Of a stretch of DNA of 64,000 nucleotides, positions 1 through 12,142 are shown piece after piece. The number at the start of each line of letters is the position of its first letter. The first letter of the stretch is position 1. A program made the position numbers and the translations under genes. The stretch comes from Octopus vulgaris (Eukaryota). Location of the stretch: positions 113,150,001 through 113,214,000 of the forward strand of contig OX597819.1 of NCBI GenBank assembly GCA_951406725.2, in the 5' to 3' direction. The notes beneath the pieces were generated by a model. The model had not been told where the DNA came from. It made no database searches and saw only the letters and a list, made by a program, of their open reading frames with translations.

Positions 1-239
1 ATACCACACACACTTAAACCGCTGACACCTGCAGCACACAAAAAACTTACTTGTTCTAAGGAGAAAGAATTGTTACTACCTCGTCCACTTCACCACTTTC
101 CACCACCATCAACACTTATCACGACTACTACTGCTATTACTATTACTATTCCTCACATTGTTGTTTGTTGTTCGTTATTTCACTCGAATCTTGTTTTGAA
201 GACATTTCTTTGTCTAAAGTGAGATAATTAAGAATTTCT

Positions 240-249
240 GTTGTTGTTG

Positions 250-287
<38 letters not shown>

Positions 288-340
288 ATTGTTGTTGTTG
301 TTGTTGCTGCTGCTGCTGTTGTTGCTGCTGCTGCTGCTGC

Positions 341-371
<31 letters not shown>

Positions 372-392
372 GGTGGTGGTGATGGTGGTGTT
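240..392. repeat. Compound trinucleotide microsatellite (GTT/GCT/GGT)n
   Basis: Direct reading; explains the poly-T/A/P tracts of ORF 146..415. Confidence 0.95.
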
Positions 393-533
393 AATGATGC
401 GGTTGTTTTATCCATAGGTCAGGCCTAATTGAGCAGATAGAATTTTGTGGCTTTCGTCACTGTTCACAATTATCTTTAAAAAGAAATTTTAATGTATATA
501 GATGTAATTTTTGACGGTGAATCCGACTTTCTT

Positions 534-870
534 CAGTTCTATATTTAAGATATGAGGAATTATGTACATTATTTACATTATTTACATTCGACGGATATTT
601 GTCCTCCTCTTGTTTGTTGTTAACACAACGCTTCGGTTGATATACCCTCCAGCCTTCTTCAGGTGTCTTGGGGAAATTTCCGAACCTAGGTTCTCATTCC
701 TAAGGAATTTTTAGGATAATAATAACATCGAAAAATACCATAGGAATGATAACCCAGGTTCGAAATTTCCCCCAAGACACCTAATGAACACAGCCAAAAC
801 GTTGTGTTAACAACAAACAGAATGAGAACAAATATCCGTCAAATGTAAATAATGTATATAATGTAAATAA
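534..870. mobile_element. Inverted pair of family-E Penelope pseudo-LTR-like segments (hammerhead-bearing)
   Basis: 534-~712 is the reverse complement of 41705-41880, and ~720-870 is a forward copy. The minus copy keeps CTGAAGA and most of stem II; the plus copy core is decayed (ctaatga...caaaacgttg). Confidence 0.8.
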
Positions 871-1489
871 TGTCTGAATTTATGCAAAAATGTTAAAGGT
901 ATTAAAAATGTTGATACTTTTCAGAATTTTCAGCCAATCAGAAAACTGCACGTTCGCTGCCTCTTCTATCATCGGTGGTGGGGAGGGCATCTTATATTCC
1001 ATCACTATACATAAAATCCCCTCGCTAAGCAAGTGTTTCGAAACTTGCTTTTATCTGTACATATATATTCCCCTCCCATTACCGAAAGCTGAACAGTTAT
1101 CTCCCTTACCCACAACAATAACAATAATAACGATAACCAATTGCCTCCCCTTATTTTGCTACTTGTGAAGTCATTCACTCGTAAATATCATCACACACAG
1201 CATGGACAAAATTTCTTCTTAAGAAAAAATACATATTCAAATAAGTAAAATAAAATATCATGAACAGCGATAGCGAAACCGGTCGATATATTAAAAATTA
1301 TATAAAAACTATGTAAGTGTGCGTATTTTCCTTTTTTAATTTCTTACATATATATATATATATGAGAGAGGTTTTGGTATCCAGAGGACAGAAAAGGTAG
1401 GTAAGGCTATGTAAGTGCTGCTGTTAGACTCCCGGTTTGATTATAATAAGAGTGAGGAGTCTAACGCGAGTCGCGTGTGAGCATGTATA

Positions 1490-1865
1490 TGATGAATAAA
1501 ATGAGACAACAAAGCCAAGGCAGTGTGAAAATTCTAGGACGTTTATAAAGAGAAATGTAATCTTACAGCTGTTTCGGGGATATAAAAGTTAACTCATCAT
1601 CAGAAATTACATGAGGGAGTTAAATAGAAGGAAATAGCAGAGCTCAATATAAGAAGTTATTTTGGAAAGGGAGGGATATAGGAAGTATAAAGGAAAATAT
1701 GAGGATAAAAATAAATATATATTTTCTACTATTTCTTTCTGTTTAACTCTCTCATATCGTCTCTGATTATGGGATATCCTTTATATCCCTGCAAGACTAC
1801 CTCTCTCTTTATAAATGTCCTAGAAGTTTCAAACTGACTTGGCTTTCTCGTTTTATTTTATTCAA
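1490..1865. mobile_element. Inverted-repeat PLE pLTR-like element
   Basis: Arms ~1490-1645 and ~1724-1865 are diverged reverse complements; each carries a hammerhead-like motif. Confidence 0.7.
1557..1610 (-). ncRNA. Minimal type-I hammerhead ribozyme motif (stem II decayed)
   Basis: Minus strand: gtaattt CTGATGA tgagttaacttttatatcccc GAAA cagct GTA agattac. Stem I is gtaattt/agattac, stem III is the palindrome CAGCTG, and the cleavage triplet is GUA. Confidence 0.7.
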
Positions 1866-2059
1866 TATATATATTCCATCTTTCCTGAGCGCCTATTAAT
1901 AATAATACTGTAATTGTTCCACGTGTTGTTGTTTTTTCTGTTTTCCCGTTTGGATTAAAATTATATATATATATATATATGTATTAAGGAATATAATTCC
2001 AAAACTTACAGGGAAAAATTCAATTTAACAATTATAAATCAAATTTCACAATATATTAT

Positions 2060-2620
2060 ATATGTATATAATTTAGAGAAAAACAACTATTAAACAATTC
2101 AATAAAGAAAGATGTTATTCATTCCACATAGAAAACATATACTATAAAAAAAATATTTTAAATCAATAAATTACAATAAATAGTAAACAGTAGTAAAAAG
2201 ACTACGCTCGTTTCATGGCAATATTTTCAAATAGATAATAATAAGATCAATTCGATTCAAAATTAAATCGAACGAAAATTAATTCTATTTAAAAATATAG
2301 TTACTCATCAGGTCTAAGACAATAAATAATAAGAAATTAAAAAATAATAATAATAGAATAAATGTACTTAACTTATACTAATTATCAAATAGATATATGA
2401 AAAATACGTGTATTAGCTATAAATAATCGAAAAGCATTTAACAATATGTTGTAAAATAAAAATATAAACTTATCTTGTCGAAGGATTTTTACTGATTACT
2501 ATTGCACTTTATTGATTTAAAATAAGGTTTTTTATAGTATATGTTTTCTATGTGGTGTGAATAACATCTTTCTTTATTGAATTGTTTGATAGTGGTTTTT
2601 CTCTAAATTATATACATACA
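2060..2620. mobile_element. AT-rich inverted-repeat element (~130-bp arms) with internal hammerhead
   Basis: 2060-2195 and ~2487-2620 are reverse complements (aatttagagaaaaacaactat...gaaagatgttattca vs tgaataacatctttc...atagtggtttttctctaaatt). Confidence 0.8.
2199..2315 (-). ncRNA. Type-I hammerhead ribozyme motif with extended stem II
   Basis: Minus strand: agac CTGATGA [~90-nt hairpin: tatatttttaaataga...tctatttgaaaata] GAAA cgagc GTA gtct. The core is intact and stem I is agac/gtct. Confidence 0.7.
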
Positions 2621-2652
2621 TGCGTACATACATACATACATACATACATACA

Positions 2653-2699
<47 letters not shown>

Positions 2700-3448
2700 T
2701 AATAAGTTATGATTTCTAGCAGAGGTAAGATGTACAAGATGACAAATTTCGGATATAAGGTTAGTTGATTAGTTGATTAAGTCCACCCTGTAATTTGCTA
2801 GTACTTTATCTTATTGAACTCACAATGATTACAGGTTTGGTTGACCACTGCGAGAATTGAACTCAGAGCATAATGACCCGGAAAAAATTGCGCCCGACTC
2901 GCTAGCGATTTTGCCTGTTCACCGCCCTTTACTAATACCTTCCTTCAAAATTGCTGGTTCTGTGTCTGATTTATAATCACCACTAAATATAATACAATGT
3001 AACACATGATATGATATGACAAGATATATGATATGATTTTATTCGCACTGTAATTCTATAATTTGAATTGAATACGATGGACGAACGCCAGTTCTACGCG
3101 TCGATGAAACTGTACCCAGCAACCTTTTCCGGAGGACTTCCGGTCGGAAATCTATTGAACAATTTCCGAAAAATCTTTTCCTAATAGTGCTTATGGTTTT
3201 GAGTGTATGAGACATGGCTGGCTCGTGTAAGATAAACCCTACAGGCATGACAATGCGTGAAGAACGGCGAAACAGTCTTGCACGCAATCACTTGGTGATC
3301 GTAATTGTCGTGGAGTCATTTCGTTTATAGAGAGCATCATCTGTCAACATAAACAATGTAACTTAATCACAAGTAGGAAACTTGAGCGTCGGCAAACTTT
3401 CTCAATTATATCTTATGGCAATTACTTGAATTTATGACACATTAATGA

Positions 3449-3684
3449 TTATTTCTTCATTGCCCACAAGAGGCCTAAAGATAGAGGGAACAAACAAGGA
3501 CAGACAAACGGATTAAGTCGATTATATCGACCCCAATGTGTAACTGGTACTTATTCAATCAACTCCGAAAGGATGAAAGGCAAAGTCGACCTCGGCGGAA
3601 TTTGAACTCAGAACGTAAAGACAGGACGAAATACCGCTAAGCCTTTCTCCCAGTGTGCTAACGATTCTGCCAGCTCGCCGCCTT
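3449..3684 (-). mobile_element. tRNA-derived SINE family C, long tail
   Basis: Head aaggcggcgagctggcagaatcgttag, B-box gagttcaaattcc, central gtcgactttgcctttcatcctttcgg domain, tail ...cttgtgggcaatgaagaaat. Probable TSD tatgacacattaat/tatgacatattaat. Confidence 0.9.
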
Positions 3685-3761
3685 CATATGACATATTAAT
3701 ATGATTACATATGCATGTCAGCATGCGCGTGTATATACATACATACAGACACACATACAGG

Positions 3762-3796
<35 letters not shown>

Positions 3797-3817
3797 TTGT
3801 TTAAATTTTCTTTTATT

Positions 3818-3900
<83 letters not shown>

Positions 3901-4079
3901 AGGGAGTGGAGGTGTATATATATACATATATATGGAGGGAGTGGAGGTGTATATATATATATATATATAGGATCTCCTGTCGAAGATGACGTATGAGTGT
4001 TTAGTTTTTGCTGAACGATCTGCACAAATTATTTGTTTAAAGTGATCGAAATTATGTGTTGTATATTAGCTCACTCTCT

Positions 4080-4245
4080 CCATCAAATCGGCGTTGTCTG
4101 AACAGATGCCATATGTCAGGTGTCTGAGTGATCGCAGAGCAACGTAAGTAGAAGCGTTTGGCTCGAGAACACAGCGCATCAGGCGGTCCAGGATTTGAAA
4201 CCACGATCTCGCGATCAACATTTCAATACCCTCATTACTAGGCCT
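4080..4245 (-). mobile_element. Degenerate CORE-type SINE (family H)
   Basis: Minus strand has a tRNA-like head (ggcctagtaatgagggtattg...ggtttcaaatcctgg) followed by a CORE-like tgtgttctcgagccaaacgctt. Confidence 0.5.
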
Positions 4246-4939
4246 TATATATCAAGCTTAAGTAGGATAAGTGCCACATACGAAATCTTTGGTTTATAAG
4301 TCACTTTTGTAGATTTGTGACACACACACATATACACAAACATACACATGGGAATGCTGTTTATATTTTGTGACACACACGTACAGATACACAGCCGCCC
4401 CTTATTAGTTATTTGTATAAAATGTAGCCTTACTAGAAATACCAATCTATAGCAATATCAAGTTTAAAACTACAGCTGACCTTCATCTTCCATAGTCGGA
4501 GCATCTTTGTAAAAATATCTCCCTAAAATATCAACCGAAATAATAGCTATCTTAAGACATATGCTATCTTTATCACCAGTCCATAAAAACAAATTCCATT
4601 CTTAAAATTCTTTTTTCTAGACATGGCTTTGAAACCAATATTTCTATAAAATCCGCCCTACTCAAATATCTCATATAGAAATTTGTACAAATTCTTAGAA
4701 AATACTAAAAAGTTTTTTTTCCTTCCTTTATGATATTTAAAAAAATTTTTTTCCAAAGATTACTACTTATCTTTGGTAATACAATAATAACGCTCAAATG
4801 ATTTTATCTGTCGTCTGAATATATCCAATCTTTGTATTCATACATAAGAAGGCTTCATAAATAACAACGGCTTCCGACTGGAGAGCGGGAACAAGAAGCT
4901 CCGAGTGGCGGGTAACACGCAGTCAGCTTCGAATAAATA

Positions 4940-5155
4940 TCGGTTCCAAATTTTGGCACAAGGCCAGCAATTTCGGAGGAGAGCATAAGTCGATTACATC
5001 GATCTCAGGTCTCAGCTGGTACTTATTTTATTGACCCCGCAAAGGGATGATAGACAAAGTAAACCTCGGCGGAATTTGAACTCAGGGCGTAAAAACGGAC
5101 GATATGCCGCTAAGCATTTTGCCCGGCGCAGTGACGTTTCCTCCAACTCGCCTGC
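4940..5155 (-). mobile_element. SINE family C, short tail
   Basis: Same head and central domain as 3449-3684; tail aaattgctggccttgtgccaaaatttgga. Confidence 0.85.
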
Positions 5156-5285
5156 TTAGCTTCGAATAAATATTAATTCCATCTACCTAATTACATGCAA
5201 ACGAGCTCAAAATTAGTATATTTAAATTCTTTTTCTTTGATTTTCAGTTTGATTGTGAAGAAACAGTTTCAGCAAAACTTAAAAG

Positions 5286-5542
5286 CATTATTTACATTCA
5301 AAGGATAATTGTCCTCTTCTTGTTTGTTGTTAACACAACGTTTCGGCTGATATACCCTCCGGCCATCTTCAGGTGTCTTGGGGAAATTTCGAACCTGAGT
5401 TCTCATTCTTAAGGTACATTTTTCGATATTGGTATTATTAAAATTATTATTATTATTATTCAGGTCACTGCTTGGAATCGAACTCGGAATCTTGGGGTTA
5501 GTAGCCCGCGCTCTTAACCACTACGCCATATGCCAGTGGGCT
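5286..5542 (-). mobile_element. Family E: tRNA-like head + (AAT)n + hammerhead-bearing pLTR-like segment
   Basis: Reverse complement of 41590-41850. A-box tggcgtagtgg, B-box gttcgattcc; gacac CTGAAGA t ggccg..cagcc GAAA cgtt gtgtt at 5332-5377. Confidence 0.85.
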
Positions 5543-5707
5543 TAAACGATTAAACTTTTAATTATATTTATGTGTAAATATATATATATACATGCGTGTG
5601 TGTTTGTATGTGTGTATATGTATGTATATATATATACACACACACACACGTACAAACACACACATAGATATACATATACATAATATATATATATATATAT
5701 TTATATA

Positions 5708-5830
5708 TTGGCCTGCTCACTTAGCCAGCGGGGTGGCGTCATTTAAAGGCTAAAACAATGCGAAACGCATTGTGACCAGCGATGTTTAGCAACATCTAAT
5801 AGCCTGGTCGGTCACGGTGATCACGGTGAT
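5708..5830 (+). mobile_element. Tail-only copy of SINE family B tail 1
   Basis: ttggcctgctcacttagccagcggggtgg...cacggtgatcacggtgat, matching 16224-16348 and 38364-38486; embedded in (TA)n. Confidence 0.85.
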
Positions 5831-6171
5831 ATTTATATATATATATTTATATATAATTATGAAAGAGGACAAGAAACGTTAAGGAAGGCAAACATCTCAA
5901 GTCATATACATTATTATTATTCAAAAAACAATTCAAAGTCTTACAGCTGTTTCTGGGATATCCCAGAGTATGGGATGACATAGAGGAGAAGAGTAAAGGA
6001 ATAAAGAGATGAAGAAAGAGAAGAAAAAAGAAGCATATTCTATGCTAATTTAGTCGATTTTATCAAGCGCCCTATTCATCTTGTAAGATAGAAATTTAAA
6101 TGTAATAAAATGTTTTAAAAGAAATTAAAGTGCCTACGTGATAACTGTAAACCTACTTTTGGGCCACCATG

Positions 6172-6205
<34 letters not shown>

Positions 6206-6787
6206 TAATATATACATATATACGCACATACACACATTTTTGCGCCAGAGTTTGCGTCTGCAGATTCCCATTTTGTGGTGAGTTGTGTTTATAATGCCTT
6301 TATGCTGGGTTATGAGTTTTGCTTCTTTAATGAATTGCCTATTCTCATAGTGATTTCGATAAAGTAGAAAATGTATTTCTTATTGATATTGTTCAATCTA
6401 GCTTTGTGTTAAAGTGTGTGGTGCAGTGTATTGCAGTTGCTCTTTACTGTAAATGCATGGTGAGCTAATGAAAGAGTGTTGTACTCGTCTGGCTAGTGTA
6501 ACAGTTGAAATCGGGAAGTTACTAGCTTTCATTCTAACAGCCTAATATATGAAGTATTCTGGTACGCTGGTACACGTTTAGCATATATATTTTATACAAA
6601 CGTAGATACGCAATGTGTGTTTGTGTGTGTGTGTGTAGGTGTATTTCTGTGTCTGTGCGCCTGTATGTATGTGTGTTTTTTTCAGCAAAATGTTTTTTAG
6701 CAAGGATTGTAATTGACATACTATGTACTGGGACACACTGAACTCGAACTAAATCCAGCTAATATCCAGCTTACCACATACACACAG

Positions 6788-6839
<52 letters not shown>

Positions 6840-8136
6840 GAAGACAATACATATATATATATACCCTATACACACACACTCACACATATATGTATATTCT
6901 TTGTTTATTATTTCTGTGTATGAAACTACCTTATTTTTCGTCTAGGTTTTGTCCCTTTAAAGGTCAAACAACTGTGATTTCCCTTCTTTCTCATGTAATT
7001 CAATACAACCACGCACAAATAACACTCAAAACATCATTATCCCTCATCATCTATTATTATTGATATTATTAGTATTGATCTTATTATTATTGTTATTATT
7101 ATTATTATTGTTATTATTATTGTTGTTTGTTATCATTGTTGTTGTTGTAGCTCTATTGTCGCTGTTGATATTGTTGTTGTCAATTTTCTGACAGATTTGG
7201 CTTTCTCTATTCTCTAATGTCTTCCAGACTTAACTTATTATCCTGTGGTTTTTATAGGACAGAAAATACCCTATCCGATATCGTTGACTAATCATGTCAT
7301 ATGAGAGCGATAAAGATTAAATATAACATTAATGAAAGAAGGAAAGCAACAGAAACCTATATAATAGATAAAAATTGTCTCGAATAAAGGAATCCTTTTC
7401 ATTCAGGTTGACATTATTATTAATTTTTCTCCCTATCTTTTTCTTTTCGTGAAAGAACAGAAACGTCGCGATGATTTAAAAGAAAGCCTTTTAAGAAATA
7501 AAATGGCGGACGTGGTGTCGTCTGCAAATCAAAATTCCGGAGAAAAAATAACAAAAGCACATCTGCAATAGTGTTAGTCAAGAGGAAATTAATGTTTTTG
7601 TTCAATAATAAATAATTAGGTGATATATTTGAATAGTCTTTTAGTGAGCAAAACAAACTCGTTTAAAATTATTGTTTAAGAGATATAAATGCTAATATAA
7701 TTTTCTCCTCTCTGCTCTTGGCCCACATCTGACGGAGCCTCTTTATATTTTGATGCAGTTTATTGCTTATTGTTCTTTCTCTTTTTTTTTTTTTCAGTCT
7801 GTAACTTTTTCATTGTTGTCCATGCTTCTATTTATTTGTTTGATTTATTTTTCGTTCATATTTATTTATTTATTTGTTTATTTATTTATTTGTTTATTTA
7901 TTTATTTGCTGTCTCTTGTAAAAAGATATGTATGTTCCCATCAAACTGTGACGTCTAAAGTTTACACTTCCGCATTAAGTATTAAGACCACTTAAGCTAT
8001 ACGAAGTGAATCTAAATGCCACAGACTTATATATATGTAGGCATGTGTACATACATACATACATACATTCATACATACATACATACTACATACATACATA
8101 CACACAAATACATACATACACACACACATACACACG

Positions 8137-8167
<31 letters not shown>

Positions 8168-8737
8168 TTATTTATTTATTTATAAGAACAAGAACTTTTA
8201 AAATGATTTTAAAAACGAATTTCTTAAGTCGTTGAAAGTAAAATTAAAAGAGAAGCAGGAGGCGAGCAACGCTACGACGATGAAGATGGCAATAAGAACA
8301 ACGGAAGCTAGATTCGTTGGAGCTGCAAGAAATGTTATTAGAAAGGGTTGCTGCAAGGGGTTTAGAGTAAGACAACCCAGTCTATTAAATTGACCTTAGT
8401 ATTTCATGTGATCGGTATCATACGTTATCGATCTCTGAGAAAGACGAAGCGAGAATTTGCTCCCGCTTTGATTTGAACTCAAAACGAATACTCACCACTG
8501 TTGTCACCAGTTCTGTTAATCTGTCGCCAATAGTTCACACGGGCCATGTATTGAGTCTCTAAATCAACGGTTCTAATTTTTTTCCCCTACCGACTCCTTT
8601 CATTCCAATTTTACTCAAACTGGACACCCTCCCCCATTCAATGTTTTAAAAATCCAACTACTTGTTTATTGGAAATTATATAAAGTATTAAAATATTTGG
8701 TGCTTTGTAGAAGTATGACAAATTTATTGCACATATA

Positions 8738-8902
8738 GGCGTAGGAGTGGCTGTGTGGTAAGTAGCTTGCTTACCAACCACATGGTCCCGGGTTCCGTCC
8801 CACTGCGTGGCACCTTGGGCAAGTGTCTTCTACTATAGCTTCGGGCCGACCAAAGCCTTTTGAGTGGATTCGGTAGACGGAAACTGAAAGAAGCCCGTCG
8901 GA

Positions 8903-8958
<56 letters not shown>

Positions 8959-9181
8959 CATATGTATGTGTGTGTATATGTTTGTGTGTCTGTGTTTGTC
9001 CCCCAACATCGCTTGACAACCGATGCTGGTGTGTTTACGTCCCCGTTACTTAGCGGTTCGGCAAAAGAGACCGATAGAATAAGTCCTGGGGTCGATTTGG
9101 TCGACTAAAAGGCGGTGCTCCAGCATGGCCACATTCACATGACTGAAACAAGTAAAAAAAAGTAAAAGAGAATAAAGAGTA
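8738..9181 (+). mobile_element. tRNA-derived CORE-type SINE family A, near full length
   Basis: A-box tggctgtgtgg, B-box ggttc.gtccc, CORE-like ccttgggcaagtgtctt, internal (TA)n(TG)n, tail gactgaaacaagtaaaa(gagtaaaa)n; ~15 copies or fragments in the window. Confidence 0.92.
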
Positions 9182-9396
9182 AATTTTAACAACAAAATCA
9201 TATAATGGATACCTAACCGTTTTACAGAAAGAATGTCGTAACGCTCATGGTTGGAATACATATCATCATATATCTGCTCCACATACAAGAAATAAGAGCT
9301 AGACTTCCCTCACTTCACACTCCATCGCTTTAACAGTAATACAGACAATTGGAACATCTTTAGCCAAGGTCCGTTCGCTAGGCTAGAATAGAATAG

Positions 9397-9815
9397 GGAT
9401 CTTTTCGGTTTGAACGGCAGCTTTTTTTAAATAATTTCCACGTAACTAAACACTTTTAAACTTCGTATACTGGTAGAATGTGTTTATAAAACATCTTTTT
9501 CTCTTGGCTTTATTGAGAAAATTCTATAGTTTGTAAGATATTTGTTGTCTTTTCTTTCTTCAATTTCTGCAATTTCAACCAGTCAATGGCGTCTATTGAG
9601 GTGAAAACATTCTGTGCCGTATGAATATGTCCCTCGTTTAAGAAACAGATTGGGTTTATTTACATTTCTGAAGAAAAAAGATACCCTTCCCCCCACCCCT
9701 AACCCTAACCCTAAAACAGATTGAAATGCAATAGATCGATACTAGGGTCATAATTATGGGTGACAATTTCATATGACACCGCTAGAAAAAATTGCCGTTC
9801 AAACCGAAAAGATCC
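9397..9815 (+). mobile_element. Non-autonomous DNA transposon (MITE, family F), GG-ended TIRs, 8-bp TSD; Merlin-like
   Basis: TIR ggatcttttcggtttgaacggca / tgccgttcaaaccgaaaagatcc; TSD tagaatag at 9389-9396 and 9816-9823; internal ccctaaccctaaccctaa. Confidence 0.9.
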
Positions 9816-10070
9816 TAGAATAGAAATGGGTGCCAAATTTCTTTTCCTCAAACTCCACCGTCTTATTAAAAATTTCGTCTGAATGGTCACGGCTGGAAGA
9901 TATTTGAACATAGTTTGACTCGGTAGTAGCTGAACTGAGAGTGAACATCAAAACCTAAATAAAAGCAACAACAAAATCAACAAAATAACGACATTCAAAA
10001 CAACATTTTGATCAACACGATTCATCTAGGAAATGATTAAATAGGAAATAAGCCTACACACACACTCACA

Positions 10071-10126
<56 letters not shown>

Positions 10127-10626
10127 TACATACATACATACATACATACATACATACATACATACATACATACATACATACAATATATATATTTATGTAG
10201 GCATTAACGATAAAATCCCACGAGACTTTTCAAATGAATTTCTAATGAAATGAATCTATTGTCTTCCGTTTCTTCTTAAAATATAAGAGAAACAACCAAA
10301 ACGAATATACAAAAAAGAGTCTGTGCAAAAAAAACAAAAAAAAAACAAACAAAAACAGAAAATACTTGGTTCCTACTATGTTACAGGAAATATTTCTTAA
10401 ATTTCTAAGAATATTTTGAAATATCAATAATACCCACTTTTCTTTTACGATTTATTTTTTCTCTTTTTCCCAAACAATATTTTTTGCTCGCTTCTCACTG
10501 TTGTTTTCCTATAAACACAACATGAGATTGTATAAGAATATATTCGTGTACTTAGACTCATAAACACATACTCAGTCAGAGTCTACCGAAACAGCTGTCG
10601 TAAAATTTCAAACGTTGTTTACTTAT

Positions 10627-10664
<38 letters not shown>

Positions 10665-10667
10665 CAT

Positions 10668-10835
10668 AGGTACAGTCGTGGCTGCATGGTAAGAAGTTTG
10701 CTTCCCAACCACATGATTCTGGGTTCAGTCCCACTGCATGGCACCTTGGGCAAGTGTCTCCTACTATATCCTGGGCCGACCAAAGCCTTGTGAGTGGAAT
10801 TAGTAGACGGAAACTGAAAGAAGCTCTTCGTGTGT
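10668..10835 (+). mobile_element. SINE family A, 5' half
   Basis: Matches 8738-8900. Confidence 0.85.
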
Positions 10836-10842
10836 ATCTATC

Positions 10843-10897
<55 letters not shown>

Positions 10898-10900
<3 letters not shown>

Positions 10901-11113
10901 GAGGCGCAATGGCCAAGTGGTTAGGGCAGCAGACTCGCGGTTTCGATTCCCAGACCGGGCGTTGTGAGTGTTTATTGAGCGAAAACACCTAAAGCTCCAT
11001 GAGGCTCTGACGGTGGTGGGGGCGATCCCTGCTGTACTCTTACGCCACAACTTTCTCTCACTCTTTCTTCTGTTGGCCTGCTCGCTTAGCCAGCGGGTTG
11101 GCGTCATTTGAAT
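10898..11113 (+). mobile_element. tRNA-derived SINE family B (tail 1, truncated)
   Basis: Head tggaggcgcaatggccaagtggttagggcagc...gtttcgattcccagacc; follows the (TG)n of a family A copy. Confidence 0.88.
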
Positions 11114-11229
11114 ACACGTTGTTGATCGATTAAAATTACCCGAATACAACTTTAACACGAAGTAACTTCTAAAGTACGAAATTTTGTCAAAAGTGTTGAA
11201 AGTAAACCGTGTTCAGTGTGAGAAATTAC

Positions 11230-11432
11230 ACCAGTATGCGAAGTTTTAAACTGTTTAGTTAAAAAAAAATTATTATTTACATTTGTGAAGAAAAAAAGAT
11301 ACCCTTCCCCTAACCCCTAACCCTAACCCTAAAACAGATTGAAATGCAATAGATCAATACTAGGGTCATAATTATGGGTGACAATTTCATATGACACCGC
11401 TAGAAAAAACTGCCGTTCAAACCGAAAAGATT
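11230..11432 (+). mobile_element. Deleted copy of MITE family F
   Basis: Matches 9660-9812, including ccctaa repeats and the right TIR. Confidence 0.85.
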
Positions 11433-12142
11433 CAATTTCGTATTTAAAAGGCGAGAAATAGATTTGCAGAAAACAAATCGTGAAAGGGTTAAACGCAAAT
11501 CAAAAAGAAATACAAAACACTTGTGGATATGTTGAAAGTGGGTTTACACAGTCAATGCTCCAAATATATGTATGAAAATTTGATATTGTGGTAGGTGAGT
11601 GAGAAATGTAATAAAATGTTTTAGAATGTGCTAAAGGATGTACAAAGTAGACTGTCTGCCAGTTAGGCGACCGTTATGTTTGAGAAAATGTGACAAGAAG
11701 TTAATGACGGAATAGCTAAAATTGATTTCAGAAATTAGTTTTCATAGCCGCCGGAAGAAATTGCAAGACATTGTGTGTTCATAATATGAGAAAGAGTGGA
11801 GCGATAAGGGAGGTAATTTCCAGAGACGGCTGGCGGGGACAAGAGCAAGAATAGCAGAAAGATCGATACAATATACACGGGTTTATCAAGTATTAAAATC
11901 GAAAGTAATTTCTAGAACTTGGGTATTAATTTCATTTACAATATTCCACTTAGTCTTCTAATAGGCATTGTTGTTGATGTTAATTATAACTCTGAGGCAA
12001 ACAGAGTTGTCAATTTTATATAGATTTTTTTTTTCTTAGTCACATTCGATTTTACCAAGATTCTGTCCGGATTTTTAATTTCCTGTAGTTTTGCATTTAA
12101 TTTAGTTTAAAAGCAATTTTCCCGATATCTCATTTTAATATT

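Noticed and set aside
45-415. ORF 146..415 and a minus-strand GTAAGT donor at 50-45 as a coding exon
   Set aside because: The ORF is mostly trinucleotide repeat, all frames have stops before the donor, and no acceptor or homology is visible. A UTR exon cannot be excluded.
6240-6560. Possible GIY-YIG remnant on the minus strand
   Set aside because: Only a vague EAKLI...IN similarity with stops; too weak to call.
8738-8810. SINE heads as functional tRNA genes
   Set aside because: They have A/B boxes but no complete acceptor stem or cloverleaf, and continue into repeat bodies.
9690-9715. CCCTAA repeats as a telomere or fusion site
   Set aside because: Only about three units, and they are internal to a MITE present in three copies.
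11440-11900. Possible PHD-finger LINE ORF1 relic
   Set aside because: Needs several frameshifts to read the C..C/KW/CSK pattern; not supportable without a profile search.
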